Positions 29,722 through 38,550 of a DNA stretch of 64,000 nt are shown in pieces. The notes under the pieces were generated by a model. The model did not search any database, was not told the DNA's origin, and saw nothing but the letters and a program-made list of their open reading frames with translations. A program made the position numbers and the translations under genes. Source of the DNA: Oscillospiraceae bacterium (GTDB lineage: Bacteria; Bacillota; Clostridia; Oscillospirales; UBA929); contig WRKO01000008.1 in assembly GCA_009782215.1 (NCBI GenBank), forward strand, positions 7,365-71,364. Reading direction: 5' to 3'. The stretch's first letter is position 1. Every line of letters starts with the position of its first letter.

Positions 29722-30768
29722 CTAGGCCGGGGCGGCGGCCCTTCGCTTGAATGCCTCCCGAACACTGTAAAACACTTCGGATATCAGGGGGTCAAACTGC
29801 GTCCCGGCGCTTTCCATGATGATGTCCGCCGCGTCGTCCGCGGGAATCGCTTTTTTGTAGGGCCGGTCGGAGACCAGCGCGTCGTAAACGTCGGCGAAGG
29901 CCATAATCCGTCCTTGGATGGGGATGTCCGTTTTCTCAAGGCCGCGCGGATAACCGTTGCCGTCCCAGCGCTCGTGGTGGCTCCCCGCGAACAGCTCGGC
30001 GTTCCGCAAAAACTCCATATCATCCATCCGGGACGCGATTTTTTCAATCGCGCGCTCTCCCTCCGTCGTGTGGGTCTTGATGATTTCAAATTCCTCGCTG
30101 GTCAGCTTGGCCGGCTTGTTCAGGATGACGTCGGATATAGCAATCTTGCCCACGTCATGCAGCCGCGCCGACGACACAAACAAATCCATGTCCAGTTCCG
30201 CCAGCTCGTCGGCGTATACGCCCCGCGCCGCCATCGCCTCCGCCAGTATCCGCACATACGAGGCCGTGCGTTCGACATGGCCGCCCGTCCCCTTGTCCCG
30301 GCTTTCCACCAAGTCCGCAAACCCGAATATGGTGGCGTTTTGCAGGTTTTGAAGCTGCGCCGTCTTCTGCCTGAGCTGCGCGGTTCGTTCCCGTATCAGC
30401 CCGTCAATGTCCAGATGCGTCTTGATACGGTTTATCAGCACCTTCTCGGAAAACGGTTTTAGGATGAAGTCCACCGCGCCCAGCTCGATGCCGTGGGCCT
30501 CGCCGGAGACGTCGGCCATGCCGGTGAGGAAAATGATGGGGATTTGCGCGTACAGGCCGTCGGACTTTAATACCTGTATGGCCTCAAACCCGTTCATCTC
30601 CGGCATTTCCACGTCCAGCAAAATCAAGTCGGGCTTCAGCATTTTCAAAACCTCAAACATTTGCGCGGCGGAGGGCAGCGCGATGACCCGGTATTGCTTT
30701 TTCAGCACATTTTTAACAAGTGTAAGACTCATAATGCTGTCGTCAACGACAAGTACCGTTTTTTGCAT
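29722..30768 (-). CDS. response regulator with HD-GYP phosphodiesterase domain (RpfG-like)
   Basis: REC domain (VLVVDDS...LILLDVEMPEMNG...KP) plus an HD-GYP domain (HVERTASY, LHDVGKI, HHERWDGNGYPRGL). Confidence 0.9.
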   Translation of the reverse strand: MQKTVLVVDDSIMSLTLVKNVLKKQYRVIALPSAAQMFEVLKMLKPDLILLDVEMPEMNGFEAIQVLKSDGLYAQIPIIFLTGMADVSGEAHGIELGAVDFILKPFSEKVLINRIKTHLDIDGLIRERTAQLRQKTAQLQNLQNATIFGFADLVESRDKGTGGHVERTASYVRILAEAMAARGVYADELAELDMDLFVSSARLHDVGKIAISDVILNKPAKLTSEEFEIIKTHTTEGERAIEKIASRMDDMEFLRNAELFAGSHHERWDGNGYPRGLEKTDIPIQGRIMAFADVYDALVSDRPYKKAIPADDAADIIMESAGTQFDPLISEVFYSVREAFKRRAAAPA

Positions 30769-30921
30769 ATCCGCACCCCTTTATCATGTTTTGGCCCGGC
30801 GCGTCCCCAGAGAACCCTCCGTAAAGGCACACACGGACAGCATATCACACTCCTCCGATAAAATCAATCGCGCCTTTGCCGGCAAATGCCGCTTTTTTGC
30901 CCGGAAGCTGAGAGATGTTGC

Positions 30922-30950
30922 TTGACATTTGGCGGCGAAACACATACAAT
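30922..30950 (+). promoter_or_regulatory. promoter of the RR / hybrid kinase operon
   Basis: TTGACA (30922-30927), 17 nt, TACAAT (30945-30950). Confidence 0.5.
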
Positions 30951-31025
30951 GTTGCACAGAACGCGGTCTGCGCGGGGCTTTTAGGGCGGAAAGCGTTTAT
31001 GAAACTGAATGTGAGGGGTGTATGT

Positions 31026-31820
31026 ATGCTTGACAGGGAACGGTTTTTGAAGGTTTCGGAGCTGGACGCCGCCAAAATAAAGGAAATGGAAGACGACAAA
31101 TTTCGCTCCTTCACCGTCGTCGCGAGTTCCTTCACCGAGACCTTTCCGGTGCAGGAGGACAATATCAAAAACGCGCTGAGGACGAAGGACGTCGGCGCGC
31201 TGACAAAATCCCTCGCCATCGTCTGTGATATGCTGCGGCAGCTTCAAGCCGAAAGGCTGGCCGTTTCGTGCGCGAGCCGTCTCGCAACCGCGGGCGCCGT
31301 TTCGTACGAGGAGCTGCAAGCCTTCGCGGTCGAATTCCTGAAGGCCGTCTCCGCCCTGTCAATCGACCTGCAAATGGTCGAATATCAGGACGCCTCCAAG
31401 GATTCCCCCGAGAGAGGCCGCCGCTCCGAGGGCAATAATTCCATTCTGGCCGTGGACGACCGGCACTTCTTCTTAAACGCCTTAAAAAATATGCTCCAGC
31501 ACTCGGGGTACATGGTCACCTGCGTCAACTCCGGGGCGGCCGCCTTGAACTTCCTCAAAATCCAGCGCCCCGGCCTGTTCATCCTCGACATCGAAATGCC
31601 GGATATGGACGGCTACGAGCTTGCGCGCAGAATCAAGGAAGCCGGGCATACCGCGCCGATTATCTTCCTCACCGGCAACGCCCACAGGGACTATGTGGTC
31701 AAGGCGCTGCAGGCCGGCGCGGCGGATTTCATCGTAAAGCCGGTCACCAAGGCCCAACTGTTTGAGCGGATTGAAAAATACATCCAGCCCGCATACCGCG
31801 ATTCTAGGGAAGACGAATAG
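31026..31820 (+). CDS. response regulator with uncharacterised helical N-terminal domain
   Basis: ATG 31026 after GAGGGG. The C-terminal REC is ILAVDDRHF...FILDIEMPDMDGYEL...KP. The roughly 130-aa N-terminal domain is not recognised, and there is no DNA-binding output. Confidence 0.85.
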   Translation: MLDRERFLKVSELDAAKIKEMEDDKFRSFTVVASSFTETFPVQEDNIKNALRTKDVGALTKSLAIVCDMLRQLQAERLAVSCASRLATAGAVSYEELQAFAVEFLKAVSALSIDLQMVEYQDASKDSPERGRRSEGNNSILAVDDRHFFLNALKNMLQHSGYMVTCVNSGAAALNFLKIQRPGLFILDIEMPDMDGYELARRIKEAGHTAPIIFLTGNAHRDYVVKALQAGAADFIVKPVTKAQLFERIEKYIQPAYRDSREDE

Positions 31821-31831
31821 GAGGCCGTCCC

Positions 31832-34800
31832 ATGAAAGTCCACCGAGGGACATTCGGCATACTCCTTGCCGCTCTGCTGCTGGCGGCGTTTCTGCAAGGC
31901 TGCGCCCCCGGCGGCGCCCCGGACGGCGGCGCGGAATCGGGCGCGTACGCGTCCTACCTCGATATTCCGGGCGTGACGGAGGAAGACGTTCGGGCCGTCG
32001 AGGCGCTGTGGGCCGAGAAAACGTCCTTTACCTACGGCATGACCCTGAGCCCCGAGGCGTTTCTCGATGAAGACGGCCGGGTGCAGGGTTTTTCCGCCCT
32101 GTTCTGCGACTGGCTGACGGAGCTGTTCGGCGTCCCGTTCATCCCCGCGGTGTATGACCGGGACGGCTTGACGGCGGGGCTGGAAAGCGGCGCCGTTGAC
32201 TTTACGGGGGATATCGCCATCACGGAGGAGAGCCGGGCGCGGTATATGATGACCGGCGCCATAGCCGAGCGGTACGCCGAAGCGGAGGGCGACCCCCATA
32301 CGCTGGCGTTCACCTCCGTCTCCCTCGCCACGCTGGATTCGCGGCTTGCCCCCATCGTCCGCGTCATGCAAAACGCCTTGGACGACGGCGCCGTCCGCCA
32401 TCTGGTCAGGCTGTACAACCAAGGGCGTCAGGACTATACAAGACACACGTTTTCAGCCCTCCTCAGCGATACGGAGCGCGCGTATATAAGAAGCCGCCCC
32501 GTCGTTCCGGTCGCCGCCGAGGTCACCAACTATCCGGTCAGCTTCTACAACAGCCGCGAGGGCCTCTGGCAGGGAATCGCCATTGACGTGCTGGGCGAGC
32601 TGGAAAAACTGACCGGCATAGAGTTCACCATCATCAACAGCTCCGAGGAGGAATGGCCGGAGCTGTTAAGCGCCTTGGAAACAGGGCGCGCCGCCGTCAT
32701 CACCGAGCTGCTCCATACCGACGAGCGGGCCGGCCGGTTTTTGTGGCCGGACAACAAGCTCTTTGCCGACCAGTTTGTCCTTATCTCCAAAATAGAACAC
32801 CATGACATCAGCATCAACGAGATTCTCTACACCAAGGTCGGAACGGTGAAGGGCACCGCCCACGCCGCCCTGTTCCGGCAATGGTTTCCCGACCACGCGA
32901 GCATGATTGAGTACGAGCATAACAACGCCGCCTTGGAGGCCTTGGAGCAGGGCGAGATAGAGATGATGATGTCGAGCCGCCACCGCCTGCTGAACATCAC
33001 AAACTACCGCGAACAGGCGGGCTACAAGGCCAATTTCACCTTCGACATCACCTTTGAGTCCACCTTCGGCTTCAACACGGAATACGCCGTCCTTTGCTCC
33101 GTCGTGGATAAAGCCCTCGGCCTGATTGACACGGACGGCATCTACGGCTATTGGATGCGCAGGACGTTTGACTACCGCGTGACGCTGGAGCAGCAGCGCA
33201 CCTCGGTGCTGCTGGGCGCGACGGTGATTCTGTTCGTCTTTGTCTTTATGATTGTCCTCTTCGTAAGGACGCGGGGCGAGAGAAGCCGTCTTGAAAATCT
33301 GGTGCAAAGCCGCACCGAGGCTCTGGAGGACGCCATTGCCTCCGCCGAAACCGCCAACCGCTCCAAAACCGCCTTTCTGGCCAGCATGTCCCATGAAATA
33401 CGCACCCCGATGAACGCCATCATCGGGATGCTGGAGCTGCTGACCCACGAACCCCTGAACGCCCGCCAGAGAGGGTATATCGAGGACATCAACCATTCCG
33501 CGGCGTCCCTGCTGACCATCATCAACGACATACTGGACATGTCGAAGATAGAAGCGGGGAAGATGGAGCTTGTGCCGGTTGACTATGACTTTTTGGCGCT
33601 GCTGGACAACATGCACTCCATGTTTACCTATGTCGCGGAGGAAAAAGGGCTGGAGTTCCGTTTTGAAGTGTCCGGCGATACGCCCCACTACCTGTACGGC
33701 GACGACATACGGCTGAGACAGGTCATCATCAACATCTGCGGAAACGCCGTGAAATTCACCGAAAAGGGCCATGTCCTGCTCAAGGTGTCCCACGCCGCCG
33801 GCATGTTGTCGTTTGAGATATCCGACACCGGCAGGGGCATCAAGAAGGAAGACGTCGCAAAGCTCTTCAACGCCTTTCAGCAGACCGACACAACCAAAAA
33901 CCGGGAGGTCGCCGGCACCGGGCTGGGCCTGACCATCAGCAAATCCTTTATCGAAATGATGGGCGGGAGCATCACGGTCGAAAGCGAATACGAAAAAGGC
34001 ACCGTGTTCACCGTGACCGTCCCGCTGGTGCCGGGGGACGGCGAAAAGGTCAAGGCGGCGGTCGTGCCGAAGGGCAAAAAGCTGTTCGCGCCCAAAGCCG
34101 ACATTCTGGTGGTGGACGACAACGAATTCAACCTCAAGGTCGCCGTCGGGCTGCTCAATCTGTCAAGCATCACGGCGGATACGGCGTCCTCCGGCTATAT
34201 CGCTCTTGAGATGATAAAGCAGAAAGACTATCACGTCATTTTTATGGATCACATGATGCCGGAGATGGACGGCGTGGAGACCACCGCCGCCATCCGGGCA
34301 CAGGGCGGAAAATTTGAGAAGCTCACCGTCATCGCCCTGACGGCCAACGCCGTTCAGGGCGCGAAGGAGCTGTTCCTCGCCAGCGGCTTTGACGACTTCA
34401 TCTCCAAGCCGATTGACGTCCGGGAGCTGGCCTCCCTCTTGGAAAAATGGCTGCCGGAGGATGTGCTGGAAAAAGCCCCGGAAATCCCCGACGAACCGGA
34501 CGGCGGGCAAACCGGCTTCTGGGAGGTTCTCAAAGGCGTTGACGGCATCAACACCACGGTAGGGCTGAATGCCGCCGCCGGGGTGGAAAGCCTGTATTAC
34601 CAAGCCGTTGAGCTGTGCTGCAGCCAGCTCCCGGCGGAATGCGGCAAAATGTCGGAAAGCCTGTCCGGCGGGGACATCGGCGGCTTCGCCATATCCGTCC
34701 ACGCCATGAAGTCCGTCCTCGCCACCATCGGCGCGGTGGATTTGTCCGAAACGGCGCTCAGGCTGGAAATGGCGGCCAAGTCCGGCGACGCCGCTTTCTG

Positions 34801-35110
34801 CGAAGAGGTCTTCCCGCCGTTCCACGATGCCCTGCTGGCCTTCCGCGCCCAAATATCCGCGGCGTTTCCCCAAGCGCCGTCCGACGCCGAAAAGGCGCCG
34901 GGCGACGCCCAAGCCCTGCGCGCGGGCGTTGAACTGGCGCTGGCCGCCGCCGAGGCATACGACAACGACGCGGGCCTCGACGCCGTCCGCCCCCTGCTGG
35001 CCTTCGATTTCGGCGAAGAAACCAACGCCCTGCTGACCGCCGCCGTCAAAGAATTCAACGAATTCGACTGCGAAAAAGCCGGAGAAATCCTGAGAAAGGT
35101 GCCGCTTTGA
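31832..35110 (+). CDS. hybrid sensor histidine kinase / response regulator with two periplasmic solute-binding domains and C-terminal HPt
   Basis: 1092 aa. Signal/TM, two SBP_bac_3-like repeats, TM, HisKA (SHEIRTPMNAIIG), HATPase (GNAVKFT, DTGRGI, GTGLGL), REC (ILVVDDNEFN...DHMMPEMDG...KP) and HPt (SVHAMKS). Confidence 0.9.
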   Translation: MKVHRGTFGILLAALLLAAFLQGCAPGGAPDGGAESGAYASYLDIPGVTEEDVRAVEALWAEKTSFTYGMTLSPEAFLDEDGRVQGFSALFCDWLTELFGVPFIPAVYDRDGLTAGLESGAVDFTGDIAITEESRARYMMTGAIAERYAEAEGDPHTLAFTSVSLATLDSRLAPIVRVMQNALDDGAVRHLVRLYNQGRQDYTRHTFSALLSDTERAYIRSRPVVPVAAEVTNYPVSFYNSREGLWQGIAIDVLGELEKLTGIEFTIINSSEEEWPELLSALETGRAAVITELLHTDERAGRFLWPDNKLFADQFVLISKIEHHDISINEILYTKVGTVKGTAHAALFRQWFPDHASMIEYEHNNAALEALEQGEIEMMMSSRHRLLNITNYREQAGYKANFTFDITFESTFGFNTEYAVLCSVVDKALGLIDTDGIYGYWMRRTFDYRVTLEQQRTSVLLGATVILFVFVFMIVLFVRTRGERSRLENLVQSRTEALEDAIASAETANRSKTAFLASMSHEIRTPMNAIIGMLELLTHEPLNARQRGYIEDINHSAASLLTIINDILDMSKIEAGKMELVPVDYDFLALLDNMHSMFTYVAEEKGLEFRFEVSGDTPHYLYGDDIRLRQVIINICGNAVKFTEKGHVLLKVSHAAGMLSFEISDTGRGIKKEDVAKLFNAFQQTDTTKNREVAGTGLGLTISKSFIEMMGGSITVESEYEKGTVFTVTVPLVPGDGEKVKAAVVPKGKKLFAPKADILVVDDNEFNLKVAVGLLNLSSITADTASSGYIALEMIKQKDYHVIFMDHMMPEMDGVETTAAIRAQGGKFEKLTVIALTANAVQGAKELFLASGFDDFISKPIDVRELASLLEKWLPEDVLEKAPEIPDEPDGGQTGFWEVLKGVDGINTTVGLNAAAGVESLYYQAVELCCSQLPAECGKMSESLSGGDIGGFAISVHAMKSVLATIGAVDLSETALRLEMAAKSGDAAFCEEVFPPFHDALLAFRAQISAAFPQAPSDAEKAPGDAQALRAGVELALAAAEAYDNDAGLDAVRPLLAFDFGEETNALLTAAVKEFNEFDCEKAGEILRKVPL

Positions 35111-35138
35111 GGTAAAGGGGCTTGTTTCAAACTTCTTA

Positions 35139-35162
35139 GGGGCAGTTCAAAAGAACTGTCCC
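35139..35162. terminator. bidirectional terminator after the hybrid kinase
   Basis: GGGGCAGTTC-AAAA-GAACTGTCCC, followed by TGTTTT. Confidence 0.6.
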
Positions 35163-35192
35163 TGTTTTCCCGCCTTGGCGTTTAAGCGCCGC

Positions 35193-35849
35193 CTATTGTG
35201 ATTCGATATGCGGATTCGAGTCGCAATACCCGCAGGATATACAATCGGCAGACACCGGCATTCTGCATTTCCGCGCCCTTGCAGATGCGTACTCGTTCTT
35301 TTTCGCTCCGGTGATATACAGATAGGGAACACCAAAATAGGCGACACCAGTAAAAAGCGCAATAAGAGCTAACGGAGCGCTTGTATATCCCAGATATTCC
35401 GGCTGGAGAAAATTTACTAATATAAATATAATTGTCGCAATAATGTCTATAGTCGCAAATTTTTGCAGTCGTTTCGCAGCGTTTGCCGCCGTTTTCTTTA
35501 TAAGGCCTACAATTCCCATCACAATGTTCCATATTCCAAGAAACAGAGTCATCACCGCAAAAAATGAGGCTCCGGCTAATTCCGATTGAACTTCATCATA
35601 GCCGACGATAGATGAGGCGGTGACAAGGAGACTATATGTCCAAGCCCCCACGAACAGACGACTAGTCCCAATAACAAGATACAACACGCCCGCAGCAATC
35701 AAGAAGCCCTCGCCCGGCGCTCTTGTGCGACGCGGCTTTGGCGGACTTGGTGGACTTGGCGGTATAAAAAATTGTCCCATACGGCTCCCGCAGGAATTGC
35801 AGAAGCTTGCTCCATCAATGTTTTTCCCGCCGCAATTTGAGCAGAACAT
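35193..35849 (-). CDS. zinc-ribbon domain membrane protein
   Basis: MFCSNCGGKNIDGASFCNSCGSRM (zinc ribbon) from ATG 35849, then a Pro-rich linker, four predicted TM segments and a C-terminal Cys cluster. AT-rich gene. The upstream in-frame starts in the track ORF are less likely. Confidence 0.65.
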   Translation of the reverse strand: MFCSNCGGKNIDGASFCNSCGSRMGQFFIPPSPPSPPKPRRTRAPGEGFLIAAGVLYLVIGTSRLFVGAWTYSLLVTASSIVGYDEVQSELAGASFFAVMTLFLGIWNIVMGIVGLIKKTAANAAKRLQKFATIDIIATIIFILVNFLQPEYLGYTSAPLALIALFTGVAYFGVPYLYITGAKKNEYASARARKCRMPVSADCISCGYCDSNPHIESQ

Positions 35850-35981
35850 TACGTATCGTCCTTTCCGTCTATGGATATAATCAGAATACCACGCCATCGC
35901 ATCGGTGTCAAGTGAAAATATCATATTGATAATGATTTATCATTGTGAACAATATACCATCTATGCAAGGGGTGGTGCGCG

Positions 35982-36284
35982 ATGGAACACGGGTTGTTTA
36001 CGATAGCGGATAAAATCAAGGCGCTCAGGGAGCAGTTGGGTATGACACAGGCGGATTTGGCGAAAAAACTCGGCTTGACGCGCTCCGGCGTCAACGGCTG
36101 GGAAATGGGGTTATCCGTCCCCTCCACGCCGCTCCTTGTTGAAATATCAAAAACCTTTTATGTATCAACAGACTATTTATTGGGACTGGAGCAGGGCGCG
36201 ACGCTGAAAATCGACAACCTCTCGGATAAAGAGGTTGCCGTTTTGGCGGATATTATACATTGTTTTCGTATGAATAGGGGATAG
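35982..36284 (+). CDS. XRE-family helix-turn-helix transcriptional regulator
   Basis: IKALREQLGMTQADLAKKLGLTRSGVNGWEMG is a canonical HTH_3. Divergent from the zinc-ribbon gene. Confidence 0.85.
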   Translation: MEHGLFTIADKIKALREQLGMTQADLAKKLGLTRSGVNGWEMGLSVPSTPLLVEISKTFYVSTDYLLGLEQGATLKIDNLSDKEVAVLADIIHCFRMNRG

Positions 36285-36342
36285 CGGCGTACAGCATACA
36301 ATCACGAAGCCGCCCCGCCGCCAACGGAGCCGGGGGGGCGGC

Positions 36343-37020
36343 CTACCGCCCCGCCTCCGGCCCATCTTGGGGAAAATAGAAAAACAGCGGCGCTTTCCAG
36401 CCGCCGTCGTAGGTATCCCGGTCAAGCGCCGGGCTTTTCGTCCATGCCGGGACGCTCACGGCGGGATCCAGACCCATCTGGTTTTGGCAGACATAAAGCC
36501 GCGCCAGCGCGGGGTTGCGGCGTATGTCCAGCGCGGTCAGACGGTTGCCGCCGGCAAAAAGCTCGGTCAGCGCGGCGTTGCCGCCTACGTACAGCTCCGT
36601 CAGCCGGTTGTTGCTGACGTCAAGGTATTCCAGCGCGAGGTTGCAGCTCACATCCAGCGCGCCCAGCCGGTTGCCCTCGGCACAGAGCTGTTCCAGCAGG
36701 GGGTTGTGGCGCACGTTCAGCACCGTCAGCCGGTTGCCCCAGACGTCGAGCCGCGTCAGCGCGGCGTTGTGGCTGACATCCAGCGCGGTCATCTGGTTGC
36801 CTCCGGCAAAAAGGCTTTCCAGCGCAGTGAAATACTCGATGCCGGTCAAGTCGGCAATCTGCCTGCTTTGCACGTCAAGCGTCTTTATCCTCGCAACGTC
36901 CGGCACGAGGATAGCCCCGGCCGGCTTGCCGAGGATTTTCCGCACCGCCGCCTCGAAGCCTGCGTCGGGGAAGATGACGGCGCCGGAAGCCGCGGTCAGA
37001 CGGGTCAGCGCCATAGCCAA
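36343..37020 (-). CDS. leucine-rich repeat protein (5' end apparently frameshifted)
   Basis: At least 7 tandem 22-residue LRRs (LDVSHNAALTRLDVWGNRLTVLNVRHNPLLEQL...). The track ORF begins at TTG 37020. A well-placed ATG with an RBS at 37046 is in another frame (see findings). Confidence 0.8.
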   Translation of the reverse strand: MAMALTRLTAASGAVIFPDAGFEAAVRKILGKPAGAILVPDVARIKTLDVQSRQIADLTGIEYFTALESLFAGGNQMTALDVSHNAALTRLDVWGNRLTVLNVRHNPLLEQLCAEGNRLGALDVSCNLALEYLDVSNNRLTELYVGGNAALTELFAGGNRLTALDIRRNPALARLYVCQNQMGLDPAVSVPAWTKSPALDRDTYDGGWKAPLFFYFPQDGPEAGR

Positions 37021-37235
37021 CGCACCCGCGAAAAGAGTCCTTTCATGGTATGCTCCGCCTTTTGAAAGAGTTGTTCACAGCCCGAAAAAGCTGCCCGGGG
37101 AGACTGGCCCGCGCGTTTTCACGCAAAAATAAGCACACGCCGAAGGTGGACGGAATGACCGCCGTTTACCTTACGACATGCGCGACAAATCGCGGACAAG
37201 ACCGCCCCGGCATGATTTACAAAACTCACCGCTTG

Positions 37236-37396
37236 AAAAAAAACAACGTAGAAGGTATAATAACAATGTTCTCGCGGCGCCGGTGAAACGGTTGCGTAAG
37301 GTGGTCTTGGCACCTTCGCAGGGCTTCGGTGTTGACGCACCAAAGTCTGCCGCGGGGGCCTCGTTTTGCGTGTTTCGGCGCAAGCCAGCTCCCAAC
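37236..37396 (-). promoter_or_regulatory. structured leader RNA / candidate riboswitch with terminator-like 3' end (class unconfirmed; c-di-GMP-II-like by eye)
   Basis: Begins about 7 nt downstream of a near-consensus promoter. The closing helix is GCGCCG (37381-37376) / CGGCGC (37282-37277). Internal hairpins are GGUG-CGUCAA-CACC and UGCGAAGGUG-CCAAGAC-CACCUUaCGCA. It ends with a weak AU-rich hairpin plus U8 (37243-37236). No ORF. Confidence 0.45.
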
Positions 37397-37402
37397 GTGC
37401 TG

Positions 37403-37432
37403 ATTATACAACACATTTCCGGGTTGTGTCAA
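37403..37432 (-). promoter_or_regulatory. near-consensus sigma-70 promoter driving the leader RNA / LRR gene
   Basis: Minus strand: TTGACA (37432-37427), 18 nt, TATAAT (37408-37403). Confidence 0.6.
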
Positions 37433-37491
37433 GGGGTTTGTTGCATTTTGTTTCACGTTTATGGCTTTTCACAACACCCGGCCCCGCCAAA

Positions 37492-38058
37492 TCAAGCGTA
37501 GCCCCGCAAATGCTCAAGCAATATCCGCGTGCCGATTAAAACCAATATCAGGCCGCCGGCGAACTCCGCTTTTGACGCGAACCTCGCCCCGGCGGTTTTG
37601 CCGATTTTCACCCCGGCGGCGCTTGTGAGGAAGGTCACGGCGCCGATGATCAGCGCGGCTTGGACGATATCCGCGTGGATGAACGCGAACGACACCCCCG
37701 CCGCCAGCGCGTCTATGCTTGTGGCGAAGGCGAGCGGCAGCATAAAGGAGGGGCGCAGGGACGGCTCCGCGTCGGGGCATTTTCCGCTTTTGAAGCTCCC
37801 GGCAATCATCTTGCCGCCGAGGAAGCAGAGCAGCCCGAACGCCGCCCAGTGGTCAAAGGCGGCGATGCTCCCGGCGAAAAACGCGCCGGCAAAGTATCCG
37901 AGCAGCGGCATAACGGCCTGAAAAAAGCCGAAATACAGCCCGACGACGGCCGCTTTTTTGAAGGTGGCCCGGCGCATGGTCAGCCCGGCGCAAACCCCCA
38001 CGGCAAACGCGTCCATCGAAAGACCGGCGGCGACGACAAACAATTCGGCTAAACTCAT
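37492..38058 (-). CDS. mntP: manganese efflux pump MntP
   Basis: 188 aa. GLSMDAFAV ... SIDALAAGV duplicated DUF204 motifs. GGAGGGAAAT RBS. Confidence 0.9.
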   Translation of the reverse strand: MSLAELFVVAAGLSMDAFAVGVCAGLTMRRATFKKAAVVGLYFGFFQAVMPLLGYFAGAFFAGSIAAFDHWAAFGLLCFLGGKMIAGSFKSGKCPDAEPSLRPSFMLPLAFATSIDALAAGVSFAFIHADIVQAALIIGAVTFLTSAAGVKIGKTAGARFASKAEFAGGLILVLIGTRILLEHLRGYA

Positions 38059-38111
38059 ATTTCCCTCCTGTATAATTCAATCATTCCCGCACACCATAGG
38101 CGGGGTGATTT

Positions 38112-38492
38112 TTGATGCCGACATTGCCTAGCGAGGGCGGCGGGCCGGCGCGCCGTTCTTTCATCATCGTTCTGCCGGGGCATGGCGACCCCCCAAAGGG
38201 GGCGTATCAAACCGCCGTCGTGCCGTCCTCGGCCCATGTGACGGCGAAGCAAACCGTCACCTACGGGCTGGGGGGCAAAAATACCGTCACGCTCTCCAGC
38301 CGGTCTGACGAGGGCTGCCTGCTTTCCCTCCAGCGGGACATCGTCACGCTGGACGGCGCCCGCCTCGAGCGGCAGGAAATCCCGCTTCCGCCGCTGCCGA
38401 AGCCGGAAACCGCGCTTGCCGCGGCCGGAGCGCTGCTGGTGGCGGGCTGCCCGCCGGACAAACTGTATGAGACGATGCTTCCGCTGACATAG
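38112..38492 (+). CDS. hypothetical protein (uncertain)
   Basis: 126-codon ORF with strongly GC3-biased codons in an otherwise 480-bp gap. No family recognised and no clear RBS. Confidence 0.35.
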   Translation: MMPTLPSEGGGPARRSFIIVLPGHGDPPKGAYQTAVVPSSAHVTAKQTVTYGLGGKNTVTLSSRSDEGCLLSLQRDIVTLDGARLERQEIPLPPLPKPETALAAAGALLVAGCPPDKLYETMLPLT

Positions 38493-38550
38493 ACGCCCCG
38501 CCCCGCGCATATATTCCAGTAACTGATGAACAACCGTTGAGGTGGAATGT

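Noticed and set aside
32666-33793. 375-aa minus-strand ORF (also 34163-34912 and 34597-35130)
   Set aside because: It is antisense to the hybrid histidine kinase, which shows a complete ordered domain series on the + strand.
37050-37501. Short ORFs in the LRR leader (37050-37286, 37119-37343, 37171-37416, 37178-37501, 37226-37456)
   Set aside because: They mutually overlap in several frames, have no RBS, and show non-coding composition. The region is better explained as a structured leader RNA.
38059-38330. Expected a yybP-ykoY (Mn2+) riboswitch upstream of mntP
   Set aside because: Reading the minus strand, I could not find the conserved GGGGAGUAG or UUGACAUA...AGCAAGACC blocks. Most of the gap is occupied by a GC3-biased + strand ORF. 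A cmsearch with RF00080 would settle it.
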